DNA of 61,102 nucleotides, counting the filler. It is 12 parts of 12 records of this genome, joined end to end, with 100 filler letters (N's around TTAATTAATTAA, not from the genome) between each part and the next. Parts side by side here need not be neighbours in the genome. Positions count along the whole stretch, not along the records: positions 23,293 to 28,151 come from SRR7504441_13031; positions 28,252 to 32,339 come from SRR7504441_13033; positions 32,440 to 35,673 come from SRR7504441_13047; 9 more parts are not named here. One strand, written 5' to 3'. The notes below the pieces were generated by a model. It worked only from the letters and a program-made list of their open reading frames with translations. It did not search any database and was not told the origin of the DNA. Below, piece by piece: positions 24,041-34,937 of the stretch (its first letter is position 1; each line of letters opens with the position of its first letter). Made by a program: the position numbers and the translations under genes.

Positions 24041-26044
24041 CTACACGTACAATCGATCTTCGTAAGGGCTCGGAGATGCAATATCCTCGCAAGCGAACTC
24101 ATGCGTCGCAACCTTGACGCCCGCTTGGTTAGACACCAACGCCTCGATCTTCAGCTCGACTCGCCGAGATGGCTCGGCAGATCCTCGCGGCAAGCAATAC
24201 CAACACAGACGCCTCGCCAGCCAGCGTCCGCCTTTTTCCTGCAAGAAGGTCGCAGCTGGGCCCACGGTCGGCCAATCGCTCTGATCTCGCCACGAGTGCT
24301 GAGTGACTGGACGGGTGCTGTTGGCTTGGGCGAGCTGCCGCATCGAGGCCCGGAGCAGCTCCATCACAAACAAGTTGTGCGCATTGGTCAGGTCCGACTG
24401 ATAAAACCGTTGCATTTGACCGTGACAGGGCCGACTGAGAGAGCCTTCGATCTTGGTTGGCGGAAACACGTCCCACGGCTGAGCCTTGAGCACGACCTGC
24501 GTGCTGCCATACTTCGAGCTGGTCTCAGTCAGGTCGGCAGTGAGCTGTGCCCGGCCCATCAGCCGCCGCAGCCCGCAGCCGGTTACCCTGACAGGATTGC
24601 GGTCCCTGCCTAGCGACGACTGCTGGCCAGCCCAACCTGGCTGGTAAGTGGAGAAAAACCTGCCATCCAACCCAATCAGCCGGAGTTGGGCGCCAAGGCG
24701 AGCCGTACATGTTGTAGGGCTCAATCTGGCGAACGCCGAACAAGTTGACGTACTCTGCCAAGCTTTGACGGGAGGTGAATGAGATCCCTGCAGAGCTTGG
24801 CTCGACGCGAGTGCGGCCAACACTGTACATGCCGATCACAGATAGCGGCCAGGCCTCTATCCGGAGAATCATCGCCACCAGCACTGCGAGCACTAGCGAG
24901 GTGGCCAGCAGGCCCCTCGACAGGTCGCCTGGCCGGCGGGATGGCGATGCAGCTGGGCGTGGACTAGAGCTGACCAGCCAGCCGAAGGGCAACGGCCACA
25001 GTCCGAGCACCACCAGCACCACCAGGGCCTGGGGCGCGAAGTCTGGCCCGAGGATGCTGATATTGGTCGCATGGAACATGACTGCGACCACACATGTGGC
25101 TGATGTCAGCTTTGGAAACAGCAGCGCCAGCGGGGTGAGGCCCTCGAACAGCACCCCCGTGATCCCCAGGAAGCATGCGGGCACGTAGTCCATGTACGGC
25201 AGCAGCGTTAAACTGTTTGGGTTGAGCTGATTCTGGTGGAGTGCGGTCTTGAGTAGATGAGAGTGCATCACTGTGCCATTTAGCCACTCCACCGGGGTGG
25301 CCAGCAACTTGGACACCGCACCGGGGAAGTAAGTGCCCACCAGGATAAGCATGGCCCACTTGGCCGGGAAGGATCCGGTGTCCGTTGGGCAGCAGAGCGC
25401 GAGCCCCACAGTTGTCATCACACACGCATAGAGCCGGTGGTGAGGCTGCCGGACCGGGAACACGCATGCGTCAACGTAAACCAGCAGCACGCAGAGCAGC
25501 GCCGCGGCCACGCGTGCGATCACACGCGGCACCCTGCCGTGACTCCGCAGCATGGCTGTGCTCCCGATCGTGAGCGCAAACAGTACCGGAATGACCAAAC
25601 CGATCAGCGAGCGAGTGGTGCGAGATGCCGGGAAGACCAGCTGGGTGGGCCACGGCATCTGGAGCTCGTCCAGGTGGGCGAACTGCTCGAGCTGCGTCCC
25701 GTAGTCCCCAATGAACACACTGGCGCTCAGCCAATACCCCAGCCGAGTGACCGACCCGGCCGCCGGCCAGCGAGGATCTCGGCACCACCAGACTGCCAGT
25801 TTGCTGCCCCCAAGTGAGTCAGGGTGGCGCCAGGCGCTCACCCGAGCAGCGTCGGCTCGGCCCGCAGCTGCTTGGCCCAGGCCCGGGTGGCGGCTTGTTT
25901 AGCCGACAGGATCTCGCGCGCCCGGACGTTCAGACGGGCCAGCTTGTGCTCAAGGAAATCGTGCATCGCGTGCGTCGTGGCGAACCAGCAGCAGAACACC
26001 AGCGCCAGCCCCGAGGCCAGCTGCTCCGGCGTGTTGGTCTGCAT
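24041..26044 (-). CDS. HTTM-like polytopic membrane protein with soluble C-terminal region (multi-exon)
   Basis: Introns 25804-25841 and 24660-24708 (plus a probable in-frame 42-nt intron near 24545-24586) join three ORFs. Motif YFPGAVSKL..EWLNG..FEGLTPLALL..MFHATNISILGPDF..WPLSVIGMYS. Confidence 0.65.
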
Positions 26045-26198
26045 GCTGTGCTTCTGAAGTTGCGGTCTTCGCCCGACGAGATCGTAAATATTCCAGCTGC
26101 AGTCCGTTATCGATCCGTTATTCTCGGACCTGCCGGAGTTTACGGGGCGCCAGATCTACCGGTGTAGCAACCAGCGCACGGGGAACAGAGGGTGGCAC

Positions 26199-27914
26199 AT
26201 GCAGATCTCAGCGCTGCGCCAGCTCCTGCTCGTAGCTACCGCAGTGCAGTGCGTTCACGCTCAGCATTACTGCTGGCCGTGCGCCAAAGACCACGGGGTG
26301 ATCGGCAAGGACACCCACGCCGCACACAATGCGCCTGCATGCTACGACTGGTACCTCAAGTATCTCAACAGTCTGGCCGAGGCCTCGAACACGGGCCCCG
26401 GCTACCACAAGGCCAGCCTGCACGGCCAGCCTATCACCGAGACCTGGGACGTGCCACCGAACGCGCTGGCGCTCGAGTCGAACGAGTGCGGGACGAGCAT
26501 CGGAGACTTCCAGAACGGGGTGTCCCATCCGATGACCGGCGAGCAGAAGCGCCTGGTGCAGGCCGGACAGCGGCTGGCCACAGGCCGGATGCATCAGTGC
26601 CCGTGCGCGCTGGGAGGCCGGGCGCATATAATCAACGGGTCGGCGACGAGCAACACTGATTACGCTGGCGTGGAGGCCAAGTGGGGCAAGCAGTACACGG
26701 ACCGAATACGGAACGTGACTGCCCGCACGGAGGATGCGCTCCGGAAGGTCATGACGCCTGAGGAGTTTGCGAGTGCGGATGGTACCAAGGTGTTCGGGGT
26801 CCACGCGATCAGCTGCCCGTTCCATAGGAGTGGCCCCTGCACGCTGCAAGAGGTCGAGCAGGGCGTGGCCAGGTCTTGGGCCAACAATTTCTCGCGGGGC
26901 TATCAGCCGCTGTGGGATAACAATCTGCTGCTCTGGACCAGATCGCTGAAGAATCTGTTGGACAGTTTCATTCGAGACGAGATCGAGTTCTACCCGATGC
27001 GCTGGTTAGCTAAGATCAACGGCACCGAGAGGCAGGTGTACTCGGTGCTCGCCTCGCCCTGCGGCAAGCTGCTCTACGAAGTGGCCGCGCTGGATCCAGG
27101 TGGTAGGCCAGCCGATCAATTCCACCACCAGCCAATCCCGCGTGCCGTCTTTGAGCGCTGGAATCAGCCAGCCCACGGGCAGCCAGTTGTGCCCCTCCGG
27201 ATCTCCCGGGCCATCCCGGCCGACAAGATGGACGCGGTGCTCGATTTCTACGGGGCCGGGCCGAGGGTGCAACTGGCAAAGGATCTAGGGTTCAACACGA
27301 CTGTCCTGGCCGACGTCAAAGCTGACGGCTTGCGAGCTGTCACCCTGATGCTTTCGTCAGCCGCTACAGTGCACGTGCAGCTGGTGGCTCGGGACGAGTC
27401 GGAGCCTGCCGCGGGCCCAAGCTTCCCTGGCTGGTCTGAGTTTGAGCTAGCCGTGAGGAGCAATCAGGTCTCAGGCGGTCAGCCTCCGTCTGCTAAGGAT
27501 TTCTGTGAGAGCGGTAAGTGGTCAGTCGCGAGGTATTCGCAGTACATATCCCAGGTCCATGCCACCGTGATGACCGCACCCCCAGCGCCGGGCTACGATG
27601 TGCTCTTGCCTCCGGTAGGCGAGCCGATGGACGTCTTCTTGGACGATCACATCGCGTGGGACTGCACCAGCCCGGAGTGCGACATGGCGGCTGGAGGCAA
27701 GGCGCTCTACCAATTCGGGAGTAGAATCCAGTGGGTGTTCTCGGTCGGGTTCCAAATATGGACCCCGTACAGCCACGATCCGGCTGGCTACGGCTTCCAG
27801 CTGCATTGGTATGCGGCCCCCGCCAACTTCAGCCCTCACGGGCCGGTGTATCCCGAGTGCTTTGGCTCGTACCCGAACGGTACTTGCTCAGGTGCTTTGC
27901 CTACCCTCAACTAA
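26199..27914 (+). CDS. Secreted Cys-rich hypothetical protein with VOC/glyoxalase-like motifs (571 aa)
   Basis: Signal peptide MQISALRQLLLVATAVQCVHA; long intronless ORF; YSVLASPCGKLLYEV, PLRISRAI..MDAVLDFY, YSHDPAGYGFQL. Confidence 0.75.
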   Translation: MQISALRQLLLVATAVQCVHAQHYCWPCAKDHGVIGKDTHAAHNAPACYDWYLKYLNSLAEASNTGPGYHKASLHGQPITETWDVPPNALALESNECGTSIGDFQNGVSHPMTGEQKRLVQAGQRLATGRMHQCPCALGGRAHIINGSATSNTDYAGVEAKWGKQYTDRIRNVTARTEDALRKVMTPEEFASADGTKVFGVHAISCPFHRSGPCTLQEVEQGVARSWANNFSRGYQPLWDNNLLLWTRSLKNLLDSFIRDEIEFYPMRWLAKINGTERQVYSVLASPCGKLLYEVAALDPGGRPADQFHHQPIPRAVFERWNQPAHGQPVVPLRISRAIPADKMDAVLDFYGAGPRVQLAKDLGFNTTVLADVKADGLRAVTLMLSSAATVHVQLVARDESEPAAGPSFPGWSEFELAVRSNQVSGGQPPSAKDFCESGKWSVARYSQYISQVHATVMTAPPAPGYDVLLPPVGEPMDVFLDDHIAWDCTSPECDMAAGGKALYQFGSRIQWVFSVGFQIWTPYSHDPAGYGFQLHWYAAPANFSPHGPVYPECFGSYPNGTCSGALPTLN

Positions 27915-28016
27915 TGTTAGACTCTTTGACACTACGCCGACACGGATCAGTACAACCGTGCACATGCTAGTATTAGCCGATGATGAAACTTTATTAAAGT
28001 AACGTAGCCTGACTAG

Positions 28017-28066
28017 CCTCACATTCTATACACATGAATAACCTCACATTCTATACACATGAATAA
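28017..28066 (+). repeat. Perfect 25-bp tandem duplication
   Basis: CCTCACATTCTATACACATGAATAA x2. Confidence 0.95.
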
Positions 28067-28151
28067 CACATTTTAATTCTAGCATATTACTCGTACGAAT
28101 AGAAGATGGTCTCACGGATTCTGAGGGGCGTTGGGCCTGCCCCTGGCGCAT

Positions 28152-28251
28152 NNNNNNNNNNNNNNNNNNNNNNNNNNNNNNNNNNNNNNNNNNNNTTAAT
28201 TAATTAANNNNNNNNNNNNNNNNNNNNNNNNNNNNNNNNNNNNNNNNNNNN
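28152..28251. other. Artificial contig spacer
   Basis: Same 100-bp linker. Confidence 0.99.
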
Positions 28252-29261
28252 CGACGGCTAGCGTGGCCGTGCGAATAGGCAGCTGCGCCGTCCCCGGGGC
28301 GCCCGCCCCCGCACTGCGAGGGGTTGAGCACCTGTTATTACCCGCGGTGCCCGCCCGCGCCCGCATTAGCTTCCCACTAGCCGGCCGACCATCCTCGTAA
28401 ACGGCATCGGGGCGTAATCGGGGCGTGTACATAATTGTGCATGTATTGCTTTCAGTCAATGCGCTGAGCTACTAGTCACGTACTAGTCACGGACCCTGCC
28501 ATCTGGATTCTGGAGGCGGTTGACCAAGGTCGAGGCCGGTTTCCACCTGGACTTTGTAATACCACGTCGCTGAAATCACTGTGTGGCCCCGAGCTCCGGG
28601 AAAGCTGCCATTTGGTGAGCGATATGTAAGCGATATGCGCAAATCGGTGTTCATTGTCAACACCGCCAATTGCCTGCGCACCGGCGACGTGGGCGACGCC
28701 GAACACCCACCGATGGGCCCGAGCGTGGGCATTCTAGATCTTCGGGCGAGAGTGTTCATCCAGTGAGATGTGAGATGTGAAGGCAACAGCAGGAACAAGC
28801 GACAGCTTGCCCACCTATTGGTCGGCTCCGAGGGGACATGCACCATAGGGAGGATCTGCTAGCCAAAGCTGCCAAACACATACACGCATACAAGGAGTGT
28901 CTTCAGTTAATTATACTTGTAGTAGAGACCAATTACCGCCTCGACTACATGTACATTTGAGACTACTCGTACGCCTAGACACGTTCTTAAGCTTTAGAAG
29001 GGGTTTTATGTTACCATTATGTTACATGTATATTTGGGCCTCATATGATCCTCTAGAACCGGTGGTTTAGTCGGATTCCTGTGTCTGTTCAAAAAGATCT
29101 GTAACTAATCTGTAACCGGCTTGCCGGCTTGCCAGACTCTTGTAATGAAACCGAATGCTAATTGGGCCTCGTGATTGTGCACATGTCGCCCCTGCGGGCC
29201 GCAGCTGGCTACCGCCCTTTACCTGCTCTCGATAGCTCACCGGTGCCAATGATGCAAGGGC

Positions 29262-32156
29262 TCAAAAGTAGGGCAGCAGCTGCATCCTGCGGGCCCGACC
29301 GTGGCCCACTAGCATCAGCGCTTCGTTGTACAGATGCAGCTCCATGTACGCAGCTGCAACCACCTCAGCTGCCGGCCAGCCGAGCCGCACCTTGCTTCTG
29401 CTTCGGATGTCCAATCGGCAGCAACGACGGGACGCCCATGAAATGGACCCCCTCGACCACTCTGTGGTACGCCTCCGTCGTGTCCGCAGAGAGCACAACT
29501 CGAATAGTAGAGCTGACCAGCGCTGTCAGCCCGCTCGCACAGCCAATGCGCACCTGAATTGCAGCAGCACATCTAGTAACCCTGAGAGAGCCGGCTGCTC
29601 CAGATCTGCCAGAGGCTCGCCACCTGGCAGGGAGGGGGCGCACACCGCCGGGGATCGGCTCGGCCTGGTGCGGCACCACCGCCTGCTGCACCACCACCAC
29701 CACAGCGTGGCCGTTGGCCTGAGCGTGCCACAGCTTGTGCTGTAGCCACTCGTACTGCTCCCGGACTAGTTGGCTCTCCCCGCCCGGCTGCCGCTTGTGG
29801 CCGGCCAGTACGAGGCACCGCCAGCTAGTCTCGGTCAGACTCGCCTCCCCAGGGTGCGGCGTGAGCTCAAACCATCCTTGATTGCCCGGCCCGAACCGCA
29901 TGATCTGCCTGGCCTGCTCGGACCCGGCCGCCCGCTCAGTCCCGGGTCCGAGCATCAGCGCGACAGCCATCGGCCGAAGCCTCTCAAATGACTCAACGAA
30001 TTCTGCCATGTCGGCCTTGGCCTGGCTAGCGCTTTGCTCGCCGGACAGGGCCTCTGCCATGTGGACCACAAGCGATATGGCTGGAAACTCTGAGGCGTGA
30101 GACACGCGCCAATGCTCGATCGCCTCCCTTAGCACTCTCAGCGGCGTGTGGTGGAACAGGCTGCTCCCTTCGCCTTCGACTCCTATTCCTGCATCGTCCA
30201 GGCGCGCGTTTGCGAGCAGCCCCATCGAAAGCATCGGCTCGCGCAACGGACTGACCGTTGCCTCGAACTCGGCCATGCGCAGCGAGAAGCCATGGGACCG
30301 GAGCGTTGATGAGCCAGAGAGGCTGCTCAGCTCAGGCTGGGAATCGACAGGCTCGAAACCCGCCTTTCTAAGCAGCCGCCGCAGCTCAACCGGCGCCCGC
30401 ACCCGCAGCCCCCCGGCCAGCTTGTGCCGAGTGGCTTGGTGGGAAGCAATCACTCGCGCTCGGAACGCGAAGGTCCGGAGCAGCATTTCGCCGATCTTTT
30501 TGCCTCGATACGCTGGCAGCACAACAAACTTGCTGATCCGGAGAGCCTCGGGCTCGCCGTCGGATGGTTCAAAGTCGGCGCGTATTGAGCCCACCATTTG
30601 GTCTCCCAGCCAGGCGACGAGGACCAGCCCGAGACCGCAGAGCTGTTGGAGGTGATCGAGCTCGATCTCGGCCCTCACTGAGCAGCATCTCTCAACTGCC
30701 AACAGACCGGGCAGTTCCAGCCTGTCTGGCGTGCTGAATGTGGGCAAATACGCCGCAAGCCGCGTGGCCGCCAAAGCCCTATCATGCTCTGCAGGCTCCG
30801 GTTGGGTTTCTGGGGCGAGGAGACCCAACGGGCCTGTATAGTCAACTATGCTGTCCGTGCAACTGTTGTGCATCTCTGTGATCTCGTTGGAGGCGTCCGC
30901 GATCTGCCATCCAGTCAGTCGCTGCCAGCTGTGGAGCGCGCCTGCTCTCTTGTGTGGTGGAATTGGCTCCATCGGTCGGCCTCGGCCACCGCGACCTTGT
31001 TGGCCTCATTCACCGTGCATTCCTCTAGCTCTCTCGCCCGGCAGCCCCACTCCATGAAGTCATTCGGAGGGTACGCCGGCCCCTCAGTTTCACCGGCCTG
31101 CCGAGCCAGCAGCCCCTTGATTGTAGAAAGCCGGGCCGCGGCGCTCTTGTTATTCGAGCGCCAAAGGTTGAGTGGCCCGCTGCCGGGCCCATACAGGGAC
31201 TGCTTCGCAGCAAGCGTCCTTTCTGGGGGCGGCGTGGGCGGCTCCGGCTCCGCAACCTCCACCTCCTTTGGTTTGGGGCTGCCCAACCTGCCTTTCCTGT
31301 ACTCGTCCGGGTCGACGAGTCCATCGCCGTTCAGGTCGTACGAATCAAACTCAGCATCGTCGCCGTACCGCGCCTTCCACTCCTCTCGGCTGATCTTGCC
31401 GTCCGTGTTCGTGTCCAACCGCCCGAAGTCGATCGACGTGGCGGTGACCTTCCTGAACTCTTCTGCTGTCACCTAGAACACGTTGAGCGCTCAGGTCATC
31501 ATCGCTACAGTGCGCTGCACCTTGCCGTCGCCATCCAGATCGTTGTCTTCAAAGCCGGCGCCGCTGCCGTGGAACTCCTTCCACTGTTCCTTGCCGATCG
31601 TCCCGTCCCGCCGGGCCATGTTCCCATGCACAAGATCAGCGGACCGGCCCTTTCGGTACTCATCCGCGTCTACCGCCCCGTCGCTGCCGGCCGCTCTCAA
31701 CAAGCCCCAGCCAACCAGCCCACCCGTCCAGGTCATACTCGGCGTACTCGCGCTCGCCCTGGTACTTTGCGTCCCACTGGGCCTTGGAGATCCGGCCTCC
31801 GTCGGCCATCTTGGTCAGCTCGCGCTCGACGTGCTTGGCGTGAACATACTCCTCCTGGTCGACCACCCCGTCCCTGTCCAAGTCAGCTGTATCAAACCCT
31901 TCGGCGCTCCCGAAGTGGGCCGCCCACTCCTCCTTGGCCACCTGCACTCGGCTCCCGCCGGGCTAAATCGGGCGGTCACCCCTTCCTCTCTATTGGCGTC
32001 CACACCACGGTACTCCTCCAGGTGCTGCACCGCCAATCGGCGGCCGGCCGGCCCGGGAGGTGCCTGGTCGTACTGGTCCAGCCAGTCGTCCCGCGACACC
32101 TCGCCCCGCCCGAGCAGGCGAGGACCGGCCCTGTGCCGCCCTGCTGTGCTGCGCAT
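29262..32156 (-). CDS. Fusion of EF-hand repeats, GNAT acetyltransferase and a degenerate ADPRM-like metallophosphoesterase (multi-exon)
   Basis: EF loops DLDRDGVVDQEE, DTNTDGKISREE, DLNGDGLVDPDE. GNAT motif A ISKFVVLPAYRGKKIGEMLL and later RKAGFEP. Spliced C-terminus IRVVLSADTT..EGVHFMGVPSLL..AAYMELHLYNEALMLVGHGRA parallels ADPRM. About 8 introns of 37-48 nt; the start codon is uncertain. Confidence 0.7.
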
Positions 32157-32161
32157 CGCCA

Positions 32162-32183
32162 ACCGTTTTGCCGGCAAAACGGT
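32162..32183. promoter_or_regulatory. Perfect 22-bp palindrome just upstream of the putative ATG at 32156
   Basis: ACCGTTTTGCC|GGCAAAACGGT; the palindrome is certain, the regulatory role is inferred. Confidence 0.5.
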
Positions 32184-32339
32184 GGGTCGATGTGTGCTGC
32201 TGGCAGGAGGCGGAGGGGCGGGCCAACAAGCGACCAACGAGCGCCGCGGATAGCAGCTCCGGTGCTAGTGCTCGCTCAAGCTCACGTGGCTGGCGGCAGG
32301 TGCGGCGGCCACTTGCGGCTGGAAGAGCTCTGTCCCACC

Positions 32340-32439
32340 NNNNNNNNNNNNNNNNNNNNNNNNNNNNNNNNNNNNNNNNNNNNTTAATTAATTAANNNNN
32401 NNNNNNNNNNNNNNNNNNNNNNNNNNNNNNNNNNNNNNN
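32340..32439. other. Artificial contig spacer
   Basis: Same 100-bp linker. Confidence 0.99.
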
Positions 32440-32543
32440 TTGCTCGTGTTGCTCCGCGCTCGAGTTTCCCGCCCGAGCTTCCCGCCAAATCTCCCAACTG
32501 ACTTTCCGTTACCGTAGGCCAGCTGTCGGCGGGAGGGTGCTCG

Positions 32544-34733
32544 ATGCGGCGGGTGCTGTATACAGCTGTGTGCTGGCTCGGGCTGGCCGGTGCGGTGCGG
32601 CTGCTGCCGCTGGTGGAGGAGAGCTGGGAGCGGGGGCACCAGCTCCCGGACCTGCTGGACCGCCGGCTGCTCCCCCAGGCACGGATCTTTGTCCAGGTCC
32701 AGGCCACAACCCTGGGCGCACTCCAGCTCCAGGTCCAGCCGGCCGAATGGCTCGCCCCGACCACCGGCCCGGCCGTCCGACTACAACCGGGCCAGCGGGC
32801 CCGCCTGCACGCGCCGCTGGAACCGGCGAGGGCTGGGCAGCTGGCCTGCCCGCTGCCGGTGTCTCTGCTGGTGGTGCGGCCGGGCGATGGTGCGGTTGTC
32901 GGGCGTGCCAGCCTAGCACTCAAGTGCAAGGAGCTGACCGACAGATTCAGCTTTGTGTATTTGGACGCCGACGGCTCGCCCCAGATGGCCGCAGCCAAGC
33001 CGCCGGAGGCCGGCCGGTGCGCCGAGGGTTGCGGAGTACTGTTGAGTACACATGGGATGGACGTCACGGCCCAGAGGCAGGCGGACTGCTACAGGCCCAA
33101 GCCGGGGCTGTGGGTGCTGGCCCCTCACGGGCGGGGGACACATGGGTTCAATTGGCAAGGACCCGGGCACTGGAGCGTTCTGGCGGCGCTTCGACATCTG
33201 GCCAGTCTGGCTGCGCAGTGGCGTGACGGGGCAGCTCGGCTGGATGACCGGTGGCGGGTGGTGTTCACGGGGCATTCAAATGGCGGGTACGGGGCTTGGA
33301 TGCTTGGCTCACTCTATCCTGACTGGACGGTGGCAGTGGCGCCACTGTCAGGGATGGCAAGTATAGGCACCACCGAGCAGCCTCGGCCACCCGGGCTGGC
33401 TCAGGCCGCCTGGGAGCTGATCGACCACTCAGTTGAGCTCTACCGCGCGGGGAAACTGGCGGCCAACCTTGCTGGCAAGCTGTTCATCGCCCGCAGTGGC
33501 TTGGATGATAGGGTCATCGATCCACGAGCCACGCTTCAAATGGCGAGATTGCTCGAAGAAACTGGTGTGCGCTGGCAGCCGGATCCGAGCGGCCACCGGT
33601 GGGATGCGGCAGACCAGCGGGCGAGTGTTGTGCTCAAGCCTGGCAAGGGCCACTGGTGGTGGGACACCGACTCGCCTAACGACGGCGGAGTCATGGACGA
33701 CCCAGAGCTGAGGCAGTTCTGGGCAGACGCGGCTGCTGAGCCGCCACCGTATCGGCCAGACGGAGGACGAGTCGCGAGTTTTGAGTGCGCCGAGCTGGCC
33801 GGATGCGGAACAAAGTTTGGGGTGGCGATGCTGCAGCAGCTGCGAGCGCACCGGAGCTCGCGAATCGAGCTTGAGCGGTTTGATGAAAGCTGGAGTGTTA
33901 GTACCAGCAACCTGGCCCGGCTGCGCATAGAGCGCGCGCCTCTCTCCTCGAGCGAGCAGCTGCTGATCCAGTTGGACGGTCAGCCGGCTCTGCGGATGAG
34001 AGCAGCCAATATGATTGTTTGCCGCGAGGACGACCATCCGACGTGGCGCCTGTGCAGCCAGCAGTGCAACCAGACGGGGTGCTGCCAGATGCCTGCACGG
34101 ACAGCTGAGCGGGCGGCCGGACCGATCAGGCGGGTGCTGGCGGCCTCCTTTGGATTGGTGTACGGGACAGCCAGCTCCAAGGCCGTGTCCGAGGAGTATA
34201 GACACGCTGCAGTCCAGTTTGCCAATGCCTGGTATGAGCTTGGGGGTGGCAGCGCAGTTGTGCTACCTGACACCGATGTGGAGAACCTCCAGACAGTGCA
34301 AAACCTGATTGTGTTCGGTGGGCCTCATGGAAACACCGTGGCACGCAACATGTCGCACCCGGGGCTGACCCTACTCCAGCCAACTAGCCGTGGCCGGCTA
34401 GAGGCCGGATTTGAGCTGGCTGGCTGCAACTTCACTCAGCCCGACAGTAGCCTCGTCTCGCTAGCTCCGTGGCCTGCGAGCAATCGCAGTGCTTCAGGAG
34501 GGCTGGCGGTCCTTGTGACTGGAACCACGCTCGCTGGCTTCCGCCGTGCTGTCAGGCTGATGCGATCCAACCTTTTTGAGACCAATCGTTGGCAGCATCG
34601 GCTTCCGGAGTTTGTGGTGGTGCAAGGACGACCGGCTGAGCAAAGCTTCAAGAGTTTGGACGGCCTGGTGGCAACCGGGTATTGGGGGAATAGTTGGGAG
34701 TACGTACCTGAAAGTAGTTTTGTTAAATGCTAA
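32544..34733 (+). CDS. Alpha/beta-hydrolase fold protein (S9-like esterase/peptidase), probably secreted
   Basis: Nucleophile elbow FTGHSNGGYGAW, upstream LLSTHG, candidate Asp in GLDDRVI and His in GKGHWW; hydrophobic N-terminus. Confidence 0.85.
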   Translation: MRRVLYTAVCWLGLAGAVRLLPLVEESWERGHQLPDLLDRRLLPQARIFVQVQATTLGALQLQVQPAEWLAPTTGPAVRLQPGQRARLHAPLEPARAGQLACPLPVSLLVVRPGDGAVVGRASLALKCKELTDRFSFVYLDADGSPQMAAAKPPEAGRCAEGCGVLLSTHGMDVTAQRQADCYRPKPGLWVLAPHGRGTHGFNWQGPGHWSVLAALRHLASLAAQWRDGAARLDDRWRVVFTGHSNGGYGAWMLGSLYPDWTVAVAPLSGMASIGTTEQPRPPGLAQAAWELIDHSVELYRAGKLAANLAGKLFIARSGLDDRVIDPRATLQMARLLEETGVRWQPDPSGHRWDAADQRASVVLKPGKGHWWWDTDSPNDGGVMDDPELRQFWADAAAEPPPYRPDGGRVASFECAELAGCGTKFGVAMLQQLRAHRSSRIELERFDESWSVSTSNLARLRIERAPLSSSEQLLIQLDGQPALRMRAANMIVCREDDHPTWRLCSQQCNQTGCCQMPARTAERAAGPIRRVLAASFGLVYGTASSKAVSEEYRHAAVQFANAWYELGGGSAVVLPDTDVENLQTVQNLIVFGGPHGNTVARNMSHPGLTLLQPTSRGRLEAGFELAGCNFTQPDSSLVSLAPWPASNRSASGGLAVLVTGTTLAGFRRAVRLMRSNLFETNRWQHRLPEFVVVQGRPAEQSFKSLDGLVATGYWGNSWEYVPESSFVKC

Positions 34734-34937
34734 TTAGCACATGTAGTTGTTGCTAGTCTTTACTGCGTTATAATTACTGCCGCGTTACCGCTCGTACCTG
34801 ATTGGAACAAGCATGCATCAATCAATGCATGCATCAATCTGATCGATGCACCAAAGAAAATAATAACGCATTGTCCGTTAAATGACCGGGGCCATTATTT
34901 CCAGCTCATGGCGCACTGATCTAGCGGGTTGATTGGC

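Noticed and set aside
28330-28410. rRNA-like fragments (tattacccgcgg, gaccatcctc)
   Set aside because: Only short partial similarity with no extended rRNA context. The stretch reads better as the 3' end of a truncated plus-strand ORF ending at TAA near 28400.
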